This document shows, in pieces, positions 34,163 to 43,779 of a stretch of 64,000 nt of DNA. A program made the position numbers and the translations under genes. How positions within the stretch are numbered: position 1 is the stretch's first letter; the number at the start of each line of letters is the position of its first letter. This DNA comes from Flavobacteriales bacterium (lineage in GTDB: Bacteria; Bacteroidota; Bacteroidia; UBA10329), in assembly GCA_044356305.1 (NCBI GenBank), contig JBIKWM010000015.1, positions 1,552 to 65,551 on the forward strand, written 5' to 3'. The notes beneath the pieces were generated by a model that saw nothing but the letters and a program-made list of their open reading frames with translations, ran no database searches and had not been told where the DNA came from.

Positions 34163-35320
34163 TTGAGGCGCAAATGTACACGCGAAACAACTGGTAAAAA
34201 TTATAAGGCGCTCACTGATTCTGCTGAATCGAGATGTCCAGAACGATTGTTGTTCAAAATAGACCACCGAAGCTTGAAAGGCTTATTTTTGCGGCACCAT
34301 AAAAGGCCTGTGATTTTATTTGACGTTTACCATTTGCCGCAGTGGAACTTCCTGCGGAGCTCTATTCACTCGGTCGAAGCTGAGGAGCGGATAGTGTGCT
34401 GTGTGGACCGTTCTAAACTGGTGAGCATAATCCGTAAAGAACTCAACGGGGGCACGTTCATTCATTTCGGTTCCTATAGGAACAATTTTGGTTTTTTAAG
34501 CATGGTGTTCCTCATAATAATCCCTAGGATACTTTGGCTGATATACATACTGAGGAAGTTAAAGGTCACCTATGTTATTTCGGCAAACTACCAGTCAAAT
34601 CTTGCGGCCCGTTTCTGGGGCATCCCGAATATTGTATTCAATGATGATCCGCGTAAAGGGGTGATTCAAATTGCGAGATTTGCAGCAAATGTCACCTACC
34701 TTACTAAGGGCCTGAAATACCCGGGTACTCGAGAATTGAACTGTTTAAAAGAGTGGGCATACTTAGCTCCGAAGTATTTCAGCCCTGACCGAGGTGTTCT
34801 CACGTCTATGGGTCTCAGTCCCTTCGGTTACATAATGCTACGCGAGGTCAGCACTGAGACAACCAACTACTCCCAACAAAAGGCCGGCATGCTCATTACG
34901 GCTGAAGTGCCTGAGGGCGTCACGGTGATTCTGTCTCTTGAGAACAAGAAAATGCGGGCTCAGGTGCCTATTGGTTGGACGATACTTGAAGAGCCAGTGA
35001 ATGATATCCACAGTCTGATGTTCTTCGCCCGGGGTTTCGCGAGCACAGGGGATAGCATGGCCCGAGAAGCTGCGGAACTTGGCGCACCTTCATTCTATTC
35101 GGGCATTCGGGACATGGGTGCCAATAAGGTGCTGATTGATATGGGGCTAATGGAACAGGCCACAGCTGAGGAGGCCATCGCTAGGCTCTGTTCACTGAAG
35201 CCAATTACGGATGTTCAAGCAGAGGTCAACAGGCGCCAAGAGATAAGAGAGCGCATTGCCAGAGAATGGGATGATGTGAATGAATTGATACAAAGTCACT
35301 TGAAAGAAACCAAGAAATAA
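34163..35320 (+). CDS. DUF354-family protein (glycosyltransferase-like fold) in the polysaccharide locus
   Basis: 385 aa. The N-terminal region ...ILFDVYHLPQ...GIPNIVFNDD resembles DUF354. The true start may lie downstream of the first ATG. Confidence 0.45.
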   Translation: MRRKCTRETTGKNYKALTDSAESRCPERLLFKIDHRSLKGLFLRHHKRPVILFDVYHLPQWNFLRSSIHSVEAEERIVCCVDRSKLVSIIRKELNGGTFIHFGSYRNNFGFLSMVFLIIIPRILWLIYILRKLKVTYVISANYQSNLAARFWGIPNIVFNDDPRKGVIQIARFAANVTYLTKGLKYPGTRELNCLKEWAYLAPKYFSPDRGVLTSMGLSPFGYIMLREVSTETTNYSQQKAGMLITAEVPEGVTVILSLENKKMRAQVPIGWTILEEPVNDIHSLMFFARGFASTGDSMAREAAELGAPSFYSGIRDMGANKVLIDMGLMEQATAEEAIARLCSLKPITDVQAEVNRRQEIRERIAREWDDVNELIQSHLKETKK

Positions 35321-36624
35321 TGGACGTTTCAATTTTCGGGCTTGGATACGTTGGATGCGTGTCGATGGCATGTTTGGCCAAAGCCGGCCACCGCGTAATT
35401 GGGGTTGATGTGGCGGCTGATAAGAACATGCTGATTAACAGTGGCAGGGCCACAATTGTGGAAAAAGATATTGACGACCTGATTGAGGAAGGTTGGAAGA
35501 GAAATGCTCTGAGTGCCACTGCTGATGCTACCGAAGCGGTTATGAATTCGGAAGTGAGTATCATCTGTGTAGGTACACCCAACAACGACCGAGGAAATCT
35601 CCACCTTCGATATATTGAAGAGACAGGTAGAGCCATCGGCTTAGGGTTGCGTAAAAAGGAAGGCTACCATGTGGTAGCGATCCGCAGCACTGTGGTGCCT
35701 GGAACCTGCAGCAGCCTTGAAGAGATTATTGCTCACGAATCGGGCAAGACCCCTGGGGTTGATTTCAGTGTCCTCAGCAATCCCGAGTTCCTTCGGGAAG
35801 GAAGTGCAGTAAATGACTATTTCAATCCGCCAATGACCGTCATAGGATCTTCAGACACCAAAGCCGTTAAAGTGATAAGTCGGTTATATGAGAACCTTCC
35901 TGCGCCCATTATTGTAGTGGAGACCAAGGTGGCAGAAGTCATTAAATTCGTCAACAATTCATATCATGCCCTTAAAATAGCCTTTGCGAATGAAGTAGGG
36001 AATACGTGTAAGGCGTTGGGCATAGACTCGCATCAAGTGATGGAACTGTTTGGCCAAGACACGAAACTGAATATCTCTACTGCTTATTTCAAACCGGGCT
36101 TCGCCTATGGAGGTTCATGCCTTCCGAAGGACCTGCTGGGATTGATTGCAATGGCCCGAGATAATGATGTGCGAACCCCATTGTTAAAAGGCATTTCAGA
36201 AAGTAATGATGAGCAGGTCCAACGGGCACTCAGATTGGTTTACGCATCAGGAAAGAGAAAAGTAGGGATGCTTGGCCTTTCCTTTAAAGAAGGTACCGAT
36301 GATTTGCGTCTGAGTCCACACGTGGTTGTGGCCGAAACGCTTTATGGCAAGGGCTTCCAGTTAAGGATATTCGACAAGAATGTGCACGTATCAGGACTCC
36401 ATGGAAAAAACAAAGCATATATGGATCATCACCTACCTCACCTCAACTCTCTTATATCTGATGACTTGGAGGCTGTCATTGTTGAATCAGATGTCATTAT
36501 ACTAAGTCACAAAAATCAGATATTCAGCAACATACATCTTCGCTATCCCGAAAAATTGGTTATTGATCTTAACAGGAACGTACCGATTCTCAGCGCAGGA
36601 AATTATCAGGGCATATGTTGGTGA
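35320..36624 (+). CDS. GDP-mannose 6-dehydrogenase (AlgD-like nucleotide-sugar dehydrogenase)
   Basis: 434 aa. MDVSIFGLGYVGCVSMACLAKAGHRVIGVDV..., GGSCLPKD catalytic Cys, and a C-terminus ...QGICW. These features track AlgD along its whole length. Confidence 0.75.
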   Translation: MDVSIFGLGYVGCVSMACLAKAGHRVIGVDVAADKNMLINSGRATIVEKDIDDLIEEGWKRNALSATADATEAVMNSEVSIICVGTPNNDRGNLHLRYIEETGRAIGLGLRKKEGYHVVAIRSTVVPGTCSSLEEIIAHESGKTPGVDFSVLSNPEFLREGSAVNDYFNPPMTVIGSSDTKAVKVISRLYENLPAPIIVVETKVAEVIKFVNNSYHALKIAFANEVGNTCKALGIDSHQVMELFGQDTKLNISTAYFKPGFAYGGSCLPKDLLGLIAMARDNDVRTPLLKGISESNDEQVQRALRLVYASGKRKVGMLGLSFKEGTDDLRLSPHVVVAETLYGKGFQLRIFDKNVHVSGLHGKNKAYMDHHLPHLNSLISDDLEAVIVESDVIILSHKNQIFSNIHLRYPEKLVIDLNRNVPILSAGNYQGICW

Positions 36625-36633
36625 CCGTGTGGG

Positions 36634-37590
36634 TCACAGGCCAGGACACACTCTGTTGTAAACAGACATTAGCCGCCTAGCTACTGTGCGGTTGTCATAA
36701 CTGGTGAAATTGGGCCCAGCAGTACTGCGCGTACCGGTGCCCATCACCGTCTGAAGCGCATCGACATAAGCTCCGATTGACTTTGAAATGATGTGGTTCC
36801 CTGTTGAACCAATGCAGATTCTGCCCACTTCTCCCACATCGTTACTCACAATAGGTAGTCCATTAAGAAGTGCTTCTTTTATTACCTGAGGACTTCCTTC
36901 TGAGACGCTGCACATCAGTAGTGCATCTGAGGCCTTCATTACGGCTGTCACACCGGCCCTATCAAGGCCTTTAAGTTCTAAGAACTCAATATTGCGCTGT
37001 GGATTACGTTTGCGCAACTCATCAATAACGGAATGAGCAAATACTGGATCCTTCTCAGGCCGAGTGAACGATGAACAGAAAAGGACCACAAAAGCATTAG
37101 CATCAAGCCCTAATCTGCCCCGCGTGTTAGTTAAAGTACTCTCTTTCGATTCAAAATCAATACCGCATGGAATTACCTCACTAGATAACGGAAGTAGGGT
37201 CTGCAAGGGCGCGGATACCACAATCCGCGCATGGGCCAGCAGACCGGCAGCCCACGAGACCCACCTCTCTCGGCCCAGATTCAAGTCGCTGCCATGGTAA
37301 GTGACAACCCCTTTGGCGCGTTTCCAGAACATACTCCTTACGGCACACATTGCAGGCAGAGCCGAAAGGCCATAGTGTGCGTGCAATATTATAGGGTCCA
37401 TCTGCCATATTCGATTGCACAACTCGAAATAGGTCTTAAAGTATCCCATTATTCCTCCCTTACCAATCAAATGATGACAGACTTCTCCGGAATTGGTGAA
37501 GCGTTCCAAGGCTATCGCCTGCTCTTCTACAAAAGGATGTGGGCGGCCATCAGGATTACTCCTGCTCACGAAGATGATCTGTTCTTTCAT
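36634..37590 (-). CDS. Glycosyltransferase family 4 (GT-B)
   Basis: C-terminal GT4 motif region (...EGSPQVIKEALLNGLPIVSNDVGEV...). The start is trimmed to the Met at 37590 (MKEQIIFVS). Confidence 0.7.
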   Translation of the reverse strand: MKEQIIFVSRSNPDGRPHPFVEEQAIALERFTNSGEVCHHLIGKGGIMGYFKTYFELCNRIWQMDPIILHAHYGLSALPAMCAVRSMFWKRAKGVVTYHGSDLNLGRERWVSWAAGLLAHARIVVSAPLQTLLPLSSEVIPCGIDFESKESTLTNTRGRLGLDANAFVVLFCSSFTRPEKDPVFAHSVIDELRKRNPQRNIEFLELKGLDRAGVTAVMKASDALLMCSVSEGSPQVIKEALLNGLPIVSNDVGEVGRICIGSTGNHIISKSIGAYVDALQTVMGTGTRSTAGPNFTSYDNRTVARRLMSVYNRVCPGL

Positions 37591-38818
37591 TCTGTTTCTT
37601 CTGATGGTAAGCAGCCGCCAATAGTCCCAAGTAAATGAAAATGAACGAGCGGAAGGAAATAATGTACATCTGTCCACTCACTGAGATAACGAATTGAATT
37701 AGAAACATGAACCAAAACAACCTGACGTTCTCATCAGACCAATCCTTAAGAGGCATCCTGAAAAGGAAGGGTATGGCAAAAAGGAAAATGAGGTAAATCA
37801 AAAGGCCCACCACACCTCCGCCATGCAACCAAGTGAAGTAGTCAACATGGATCATTCTGTCCAAGTACATTCCCCCGCCATAATTTCCCATAGAGTTGAA
37901 CATCTCAAAACCAAAGAGTGATTTGGGAACATCGCGGAACATAAGCACCTCTTCGTAAATGATCCCGATCTCCTGATAACGCATTTCGCCTTCAAGGGAC
38001 TCTACAGCCATCTTATCAGCCCTGGCCTCCATTCGCTCAAGGAATGCCTGAGAATTTACCGTCACAAAAAATGCCAATCCCAATATGATAACCGATGGGA
38101 GCAGGCGAGAGAAAACGGTGCGGACACTACCGGTGTTCATGAAAGCCACGCCCATCACAACAATCAAGGGTGAGAGCCTTCTCAGAGTGAACACCAGCAA
38201 AACTGTACTTATGGCCGATGCGGCCAACTCGATATATCTTCTCATTAATGACCCTGATCCACCTAGGGTGGTCAAGGTCACAATAGTCATGAGCGAGATT
38301 AAATGCAGATCCGAGCCGAAGAGGTAACCTGAGAGGAATGAATCGCTCCCGTATGTGCTCACTCCGAAACCGAAAATATTGCTCAACATCACATAGATAA
38401 TGAATATGATCAGCGCTTTAGGAAACAATGCCCTCAATCTGGCCAGAACCCGCTGGGCATCCTTCACCCGAAAAGCCAAAGAGACAAGTATCAAAGGGAT
38501 GAACACCCTCATTGCAAATCTGGCCGAGTGTTCTACATCTGAGCTCCGCATTATCCCTATCAAAGTATATAGGACAAGAAAAATGAGCACGATATCAAGA
38601 CGCCTTAGTCCGGTCCGCGCATAATGAACCACTATGAATATATAAAAGAACCCGGCCCTCATAAGAGCGATCATGCCTGCTAACTCCGGACTTTGTGCCA
38701 TATCAAGCGCGATATTCAGGACAAATGCGGAGAACATGAAATCACCGAGATTCAATGACTTTACACTCAGGAAAAGCCAGAGCACAATGAGAAAAATGGC
38801 AACAACCCCAAAAATCAT
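37556..38818 (-). CDS. Wzy-like polysaccharide polymerase (O-antigen ligase family membrane protein)
   Basis: 420 aa, about 10-12 TM helices with a large loop. Located between the GT and acetyltransferase genes. Confidence 0.55.
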   Translation of the reverse strand: MIFGVVAIFLIVLWLFLSVKSLNLGDFMFSAFVLNIALDMAQSPELAGMIALMRAGFFYIFIVVHYARTGLRRLDIVLIFLVLYTLIGIMRSSDVEHSARFAMRVFIPLILVSLAFRVKDAQRVLARLRALFPKALIIFIIYVMLSNIFGFGVSTYGSDSFLSGYLFGSDLHLISLMTIVTLTTLGGSGSLMRRYIELAASAISTVLLVFTLRRLSPLIVVMGVAFMNTGSVRTVFSRLLPSVIILGLAFFVTVNSQAFLERMEARADKMAVESLEGEMRYQEIGIIYEEVLMFRDVPKSLFGFEMFNSMGNYGGGMYLDRMIHVDYFTWLHGGGVVGLLIYLIFLFAIPFLFRMPLKDWSDENVRLFWFMFLIQFVISVSGQMYIISFRSFIFIYLGLLAAAYHQKKQNERTDHLREQE

Positions 38819-39354
38819 CAGTTCCTGGTTCCAATGACTTTGGCAGGCACACCGCCCACTATGTCATATGCTATAATGTCTTTTGTCACCACACTGCATG
38901 CAGCCACCACAGCCCCTGTCCCTATTCGTACCCCGGGCATAATTACAGCCCTCCTTCCGAGCCAAACATCATCTTCTATAACAATTGCCTTCTCTTGGCC
39001 ATAACCTTGAGTGATGATTGGCCTGTCCACAGAACTGAACTCATGATTGCGTGTATAGAACAGCACTTCAGGCGCAATAAGCACATTATCGCCTATTGTA
39101 AGATCTCCATGCACTTCGCACAGTCGGCCCAAGCCGCTATTATTGCCAATGGAGATTCTGCCTTTTCCGAGATAACATTCGGCATCGATATTGACATTGG
39201 AACCTACATGCCTGAGAAACATACGGGCGAACGTAGCCCTCAAAGTCTTACTGGGCGGACCTACCAAAGGCAACGATGTCCTAGGCAAACGATAGGCCAA
39301 TAGATAATATCCGGCTATTCCTAACCACTTTCTCATCCTCGCATAATTTTCCAA
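38818..39354 (-). CDS. Hexapeptide-repeat sugar O-acetyltransferase
   Basis: 178 aa left-handed beta-helix (IGDNVLIAPEVLFYT...IEDDVWLGRRAVIMPGVRIGTGAVVAACSVV). Confidence 0.75.
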   Translation of the reverse strand: MENYARMRKWLGIAGYYLLAYRLPRTSLPLVGPPSKTLRATFARMFLRHVGSNVNIDAECYLGKGRISIGNNSGLGRLCEVHGDLTIGDNVLIAPEVLFYTRNHEFSSVDRPIITQGYGQEKAIVIEDDVWLGRRAVIMPGVRIGTGAVVAACSVVTKDIIAYDIVGGVPAKVIGTRN

Positions 39355-40037
39355 GTCATCCGCTTAAATTGAAAAGCTAAATGGTAGGCCAAATAGGCCC
39401 AAGTTCTTAACGGTCTCGAGCCTATGGGCTTAAAAGGATAACCGGACTTTTCGAGCTCCATGTTAAACCTAATTCCAATGGTCATGGAGTCGCGGTCATA
39501 GTTTGGTACTTTATCTTTAGTTCCAACCGACTTACCAGCTGTCTCATTCACACGTGGAAGCGGGCGCACTTCAATGGCACCTATTAGGCGCAGCATGTCC
39601 TTAAAATCTGACGAGAGGTTTTCCTTACGCAATAGCAACCGTGGTGATGCTGCTATGAAGTTTGAAGGATCGACAAATGCCAATGGCATGAATAATCTAA
39701 GATAGTTCTCAAAGCCGATACCCACCACTCTGACAAGAAAATAAGCAGGAAGGTTTGCCAAAAGCATCATGTACTTGACTACGGGCCAATTGCCATGATG
39801 CATGAAGTAAGACAAGGGATTGTTCTTGTACTTGAGATACTTGCTATACGTTCGATCTATGGGATCGCTAACCCCGTAGAACAAGTCGTAACCGCTGCAA
39901 TCATCAGGAATCTTGAAGGAATGTTTTGATCCTTCAGACCGACCTCCATATTGACTCATCAGTTCCTGCCTGACAGCTTCGCTCCCTGTGCGTGGAACCT
40001 CAATAAACACCGCTCTGTACCGGTCCAGAATAACCAT
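39333..40037 (-). CDS. Sulfotransferase-family protein
   Basis: 234 aa. PAPS 5'-phosphosulfate loop IEVPRTGSEAV, and an RDP-like 3'-phosphate motif region VSDPIDRTYSKY. Confidence 0.5.
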   Translation of the reverse strand: MVILDRYRAVFIEVPRTGSEAVRQELMSQYGGRSEGSKHSFKIPDDCSGYDLFYGVSDPIDRTYSKYLKYKNNPLSYFMHHGNWPVVKYMMLLANLPAYFLVRVVGIGFENYLRLFMPLAFVDPSNFIAASPRLLLRKENLSSDFKDMLRLIGAIEVRPLPRVNETAGKSVGTKDKVPNYDRDSMTIGIRFNMELEKSGYPFKPIGSRPLRTWAYLAYHLAFQFKRMTWKIMRG

Positions 40038-40040
40038 TTT

Positions 40041-41009
40041 TTATCCGAGTCTTGACTTGAGTTTATGGAACCTCATTCTGAGGCGGTGAGTGTCGAAGAG
40101 TATCATTCGGGCAGTATTTGCCAACGAACCGAAAATGAACCTCAAAGAATCGAACAACAGGTGTAGAAGGTTCATCGGGTTCAGGCAGGCGCTTCTGCGA
40201 CTTAGCCCACCGTAACCGAAGGATTCAAGTTCCTTTATGCACACTAACGAGTAGATGAAATTGACATATCCATCGGGGTCGAATTTACCTTTGTTTCTCC
40301 TGATCACACCGGCACCTACATTTCCATGAAAATGCCTATGGCTTTCTGGGACTACAAACTTCTTGTCCGGCCTTTCTGACACTTGGGTCTTCACTCCGAG
40401 CCACGAAACTATCTCTGCTACCCTTTCCGGATTCTCAAGTATGTCCTCATACCTGACTATGTGCTTGATCCACAAGGTCGAGAGGAATACCCTACTCTTA
40501 TACTGCCAATTGAGGGCTGATTGCAGTACATTTTGGCTAAATGAACGACCAGCCAGATTTGTGCTATTTGCCTTCGACAAATGAACATCCCTGCCGTCAC
40601 GCACCATCAGAATTGCCTTTGCATCGGGCCAGAGGTGCTCAAACTGACGCAGGTGATTAGTAGGAGGATGCTTCACAATGATGCACCTTTCGGTTGAATC
40701 TTCAAACCAAGGGTATCGCAACCTCAGGTGTTCTGCAATGATGGCCTCTGAGAGCGACTTAACATCCGTGTGTCTCTGGGCCATTGTCAGCACGGTGACT
40801 TTGCTCAATCCGAGATCATTGAACTGAGGCTCCTCAAAGAGGTACTCAGTGAGTCGGTCTGCAACTGGCAGCGTTGTCAGGCTCAAGAGTCTACTGACAA
40901 AGGCGGTTTCGTTCGTCACAGCCACGAACTCAAATCGCTCAAGCAAATCGGCCAACATTGTTGACCCGCTCCGGCTGTCGTATAAGATGAATGCCAGTTT
41001 AGAATTCAA
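40041..41009 (-). CDS. Sulfotransferase-family protein
   Basis: 322 aa. 5'-PSB loop YDSRSGSTML and 3'-PB motif MVRDGRDVHLS (R-D-x-R-D). Confidence 0.65.
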   Translation of the reverse strand: MNSKLAFILYDSRSGSTMLADLLERFEFVAVTNETAFVSRLLSLTTLPVADRLTEYLFEEPQFNDLGLSKVTVLTMAQRHTDVKSLSEAIIAEHLRLRYPWFEDSTERCIIVKHPPTNHLRQFEHLWPDAKAILMVRDGRDVHLSKANSTNLAGRSFSQNVLQSALNWQYKSRVFLSTLWIKHIVRYEDILENPERVAEIVSWLGVKTQVSERPDKKFVVPESHRHFHGNVGAGVIRRNKGKFDPDGYVNFIYSLVCIKELESFGYGGLSRRSACLNPMNLLHLLFDSLRFIFGSLANTARMILFDTHRLRMRFHKLKSRLG

Positions 41010-41092
41010 TGTCCTCCCTCTTAAATGCGCCTGCGCGAAATTACATGGTTATATCGGGCCTTGGCACCAGTTCTGGAACAGGTGTTGCCATA

Positions 41093-42331
41093 CTACAAGA
41101 AACTGTTGCCGGTTGTATTCACCATTCTGCGATGCAGCATGTAGTTCCAGAGGGTACCACTTATGAGCGTTGCAATTGCCAGCCCATTCAAGCCTAACCA
41201 TGGCACAGTGGTAAAAGCCAAGATCAATGTTATGACAAGCGATACGGCTGTAGACCGGACGAAGTAATCCCTCATATCGCTCAACTGAAAATATAGGCCA
41301 ACCGGCCCAAAGAAGACATTTAAAACGTTACATAAGATAACTGTAACGCAAAGAATCAAGAACAATGGCTCTGCTGGATAGCCATAGAACTTAAGAAACC
41401 AAGGACTGCAAAGCAGTGCCAACATAGCGAATGCAAAGGTGGTTAGCTTTGATAACCGTATTAGTTGTCTATGGCGGTCCGAGAGTTGGTGACCCTCAGC
41501 TAGCCTTGCCAGGCCCTTGGCAATATCCGCATTCAACGCTACCAGTGGCAGGTTGACAAGCTTACCGAGTTTCTGTACCACGGAATAAAGAGCCACCTGC
41601 CCCAAGGGCAAGAATGCCCCTGCCAAGAAGACCTCGAGCCACCCTTTAAATACCTGAAGCCCACTGCCCAAAGACAGCGAGAGGCCTTTAGTGTAAACTG
41701 ACCAAAAAAGCTTTGGGCTCATTCCAGAATGCTCAGGGGTTGACCCGTAAGACCGGATAAGGACTACAGCCAATGTGATGAGACATGTAATCAGGCCACT
41801 GGTCATGAGCATTTCAACTGGTTCGGCCTCATACTTGGATAGAAGAAAGACCATCACCACGGCCGATCGCAGGATGTCTTTGAACAGAATGTACCAATTA
41901 CCGTTCAGCCAGTAGCGCGACACCTCAAACAGGAACAAGGAGAACGAATATGCGATGAACGCGACCAATAACCTCCAATCAGCCAAGGTGCTTATTGATT
42001 CCAGAGAGGCTATCAGGGCCCCAACCATTGCTATCGCCACAATATTCAGTGCCACCCCCATGGCTTTCAATGTCAACAAATCAACATCAAAGGTCTCTTT
42101 TCCAGCAAATGTCCTTAGTGCCAAGAGACCTTGACCTACCCCTGCCAAAGTGCCGAAAGTGAGGAGATACCCATGTGTGAGAATGTACTCCCCATACTCC
42201 GTGTCGCCCCTGAACTGCATGTAGAGCTTAGCCAGAGCGAACGTAACCAGAACACTGCCGCCCTTAAAGAACAGCGAAGTGAATTGACGGATAACACCTC
42301 TTTTGTTCACCTTACCTGCCATTTGCACCAA
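41093..42331 (-). CDS. Wzx-type oligosaccharide flippase (polysaccharide biosynthesis protein, MOP superfamily)
   Basis: 412 aa with about 12 TM helices, in the Wzy/GT/ST operon. Confidence 0.7.
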   Translation of the reverse strand: MVQMAGKVNKRGVIRQFTSLFFKGGSVLVTFALAKLYMQFRGDTEYGEYILTHGYLLTFGTLAGVGQGLLALRTFAGKETFDVDLLTLKAMGVALNIVAIAMVGALIASLESISTLADWRLLVAFIAYSFSLFLFEVSRYWLNGNWYILFKDILRSAVVMVFLLSKYEAEPVEMLMTSGLITCLITLAVVLIRSYGSTPEHSGMSPKLFWSVYTKGLSLSLGSGLQVFKGWLEVFLAGAFLPLGQVALYSVVQKLGKLVNLPLVALNADIAKGLARLAEGHQLSDRHRQLIRLSKLTTFAFAMLALLCSPWFLKFYGYPAEPLFLILCVTVILCNVLNVFFGPVGLYFQLSDMRDYFVRSTAVSLVITLILAFTTVPWLGLNGLAIATLISGTLWNYMLHRRMVNTTGNSFL

Positions 42332-43193
42332 ATAAGCTGAAGTGCGCGAATGGATCTGACATCGTCATCCTATCCCGAAGTATCATGATGTCGTCAAAAT
42401 CTGTAGTGCGCTTTGAAACAGGCACATTTGTCAATCGTTTATTTCTTGCGGCATAAATTCCAAGTTTAAGGAACAGAGGCTGTGTCCAAGAATCTGAGCA
42501 ATTGAGTCCTTGATGGTCAAACTCGATTCCATTTCTGCCAATAACTTGGAGGCGCCCTTTTTCATTGGATGCGAGCCTGATCACGAGAAGGCATTCTCGC
42601 CATTCTCCAGGTTCGGATAAGAACTTTCTCCTCATCGTTGTTCGCCCTGATGAGTATGACTGCCAGATACCACCTGAAGCATCTGAACGGAGCCGCCCTA
42701 CTAGTGGCAGCCATGGACTGATTGGTTCTTTCTCCTTCTTTGTCCGTGTATGCAACTGCATACAAATCGCATCAGGAAATCCTGTCGCATCATCGGGGAA
42801 GGGTCTCATCCTAAAGTAAACTAGATAGGTCCCCTTGCCAATCTCAAATTCAGAGTTCTCTCCGAGCGAAATCTCCGTTCTGAAATCATTCCTTGGGTCG
42901 TTGTTACTGAGTTCAGCCCTCATAAAGAAAGTTGAATCAGACTCATCCATGACAATAACAGGGCAGTTACCGCTACAAACCCCAGCCTCGCTCAATAATC
43001 CAGTTTCAAAACCACAGCTGAAAATCAACTCAACCTCCTTCTGATTAAGCAGTTTTTGGATTTCCCGTTGAACTGGTCTTTCAGCATTCAAAAGAGTTCC
43101 TTTATCCAGATTGTCCGGCAATTTTTGGCTCATAGACCTGAATGGAATCAGAATCACGAGGCTAATAAGTCTAAGGGTCAAACTATACCCCAT
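42312..43193 (-). CDS. Secreted beta-jelly-roll protein, polysaccharide lyase family 7-like candidate
   Basis: 293 aa with a signal peptide. Three PL7-like motifs in canonical order: FRTEIS (for RSELR), CMQLH (for QIH), LFLKLGIYAARN (for YFKAGVYNQ). Confidence 0.35.
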   Translation of the reverse strand: MGYSLTLRLISLVILIPFRSMSQKLPDNLDKGTLLNAERPVQREIQKLLNQKEVELIFSCGFETGLLSEAGVCSGNCPVIVMDESDSTFFMRAELSNNDPRNDFRTEISLGENSEFEIGKGTYLVYFRMRPFPDDATGFPDAICMQLHTRTKKEKEPISPWLPLVGRLRSDASGGIWQSYSSGRTTMRRKFLSEPGEWRECLLVIRLASNEKGRLQVIGRNGIEFDHQGLNCSDSWTQPLFLKLGIYAARNKRLTNVPVSKRTTDFDDIMILRDRMTMSDPFAHFSLFGANGR

Positions 43194-43197
43194 CGCA

Positions 43198-43779
43198 TCA
43201 AAATTTCAACTCACTTTCCACCGCCCCGCACACACTGTGCGCAATGAGTATATGCATCTCCTGAATGCGCGCGGTGTCATCACTCGGAACAATCAGGGAC
43301 AGATGGCACTTGGGTGCCAACTGGCCACCATCGCGACCTGCAAGTGCGATGCATGTGCAACCGATGGCCAATCCTGCCTTGACAGCGGCCAGCACATTGT
43401 GGCTGTTGCCACTGGTACTTATAGCTATGATGACATCTCCTGGACTTGCCAGGGCCTCCACCTGCCGCGCGAAGATCTGCTCAAATCCAAGGTCGTTGCC
43501 GATGGCCGTGAGAGCGCTCGTGTCAGTTGTGAGAGCAATGGCAGCCAACGCCTTCCTGTCAAACCTGAAACGACCACTCAGCTCGGCTGCGAAATGCTGG
43601 GCATCGGCTGCGCTTCCCCCATTGCCACACAAAAGGACTTTGTTACCTGCATAGAGTGCCTTTATGATCAATTGCGCCATTGCAGCCATCTGAGGCGCCA
43701 ATGCGTTTCGCACAGATGTGAGGACCTCGGCATGGGCGTCTATCTCATCAATCATGCTCTTCTCCAACGGGCTCATCAC
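43198..43779 (-). CDS. gmhA: D-sedoheptulose-7-phosphate isomerase
   Basis: 193 aa SIS domain ([19 protein letters not shown]). Confidence 0.9.
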   Translation of the reverse strand: MMSPLEKSMIDEIDAHAEVLTSVRNALAPQMAAMAQLIIKALYAGNKVLLCGNGGSAADAQHFAAELSGRFRFDRKALAAIALTTDTSALTAIGNDLGFEQIFARQVEALASPGDVIIAISTSGNSHNVLAAVKAGLAIGCTCIALAGRDGGQLAPKCHLSLIVPSDDTARIQEMHILIAHSVCGAVESELKF

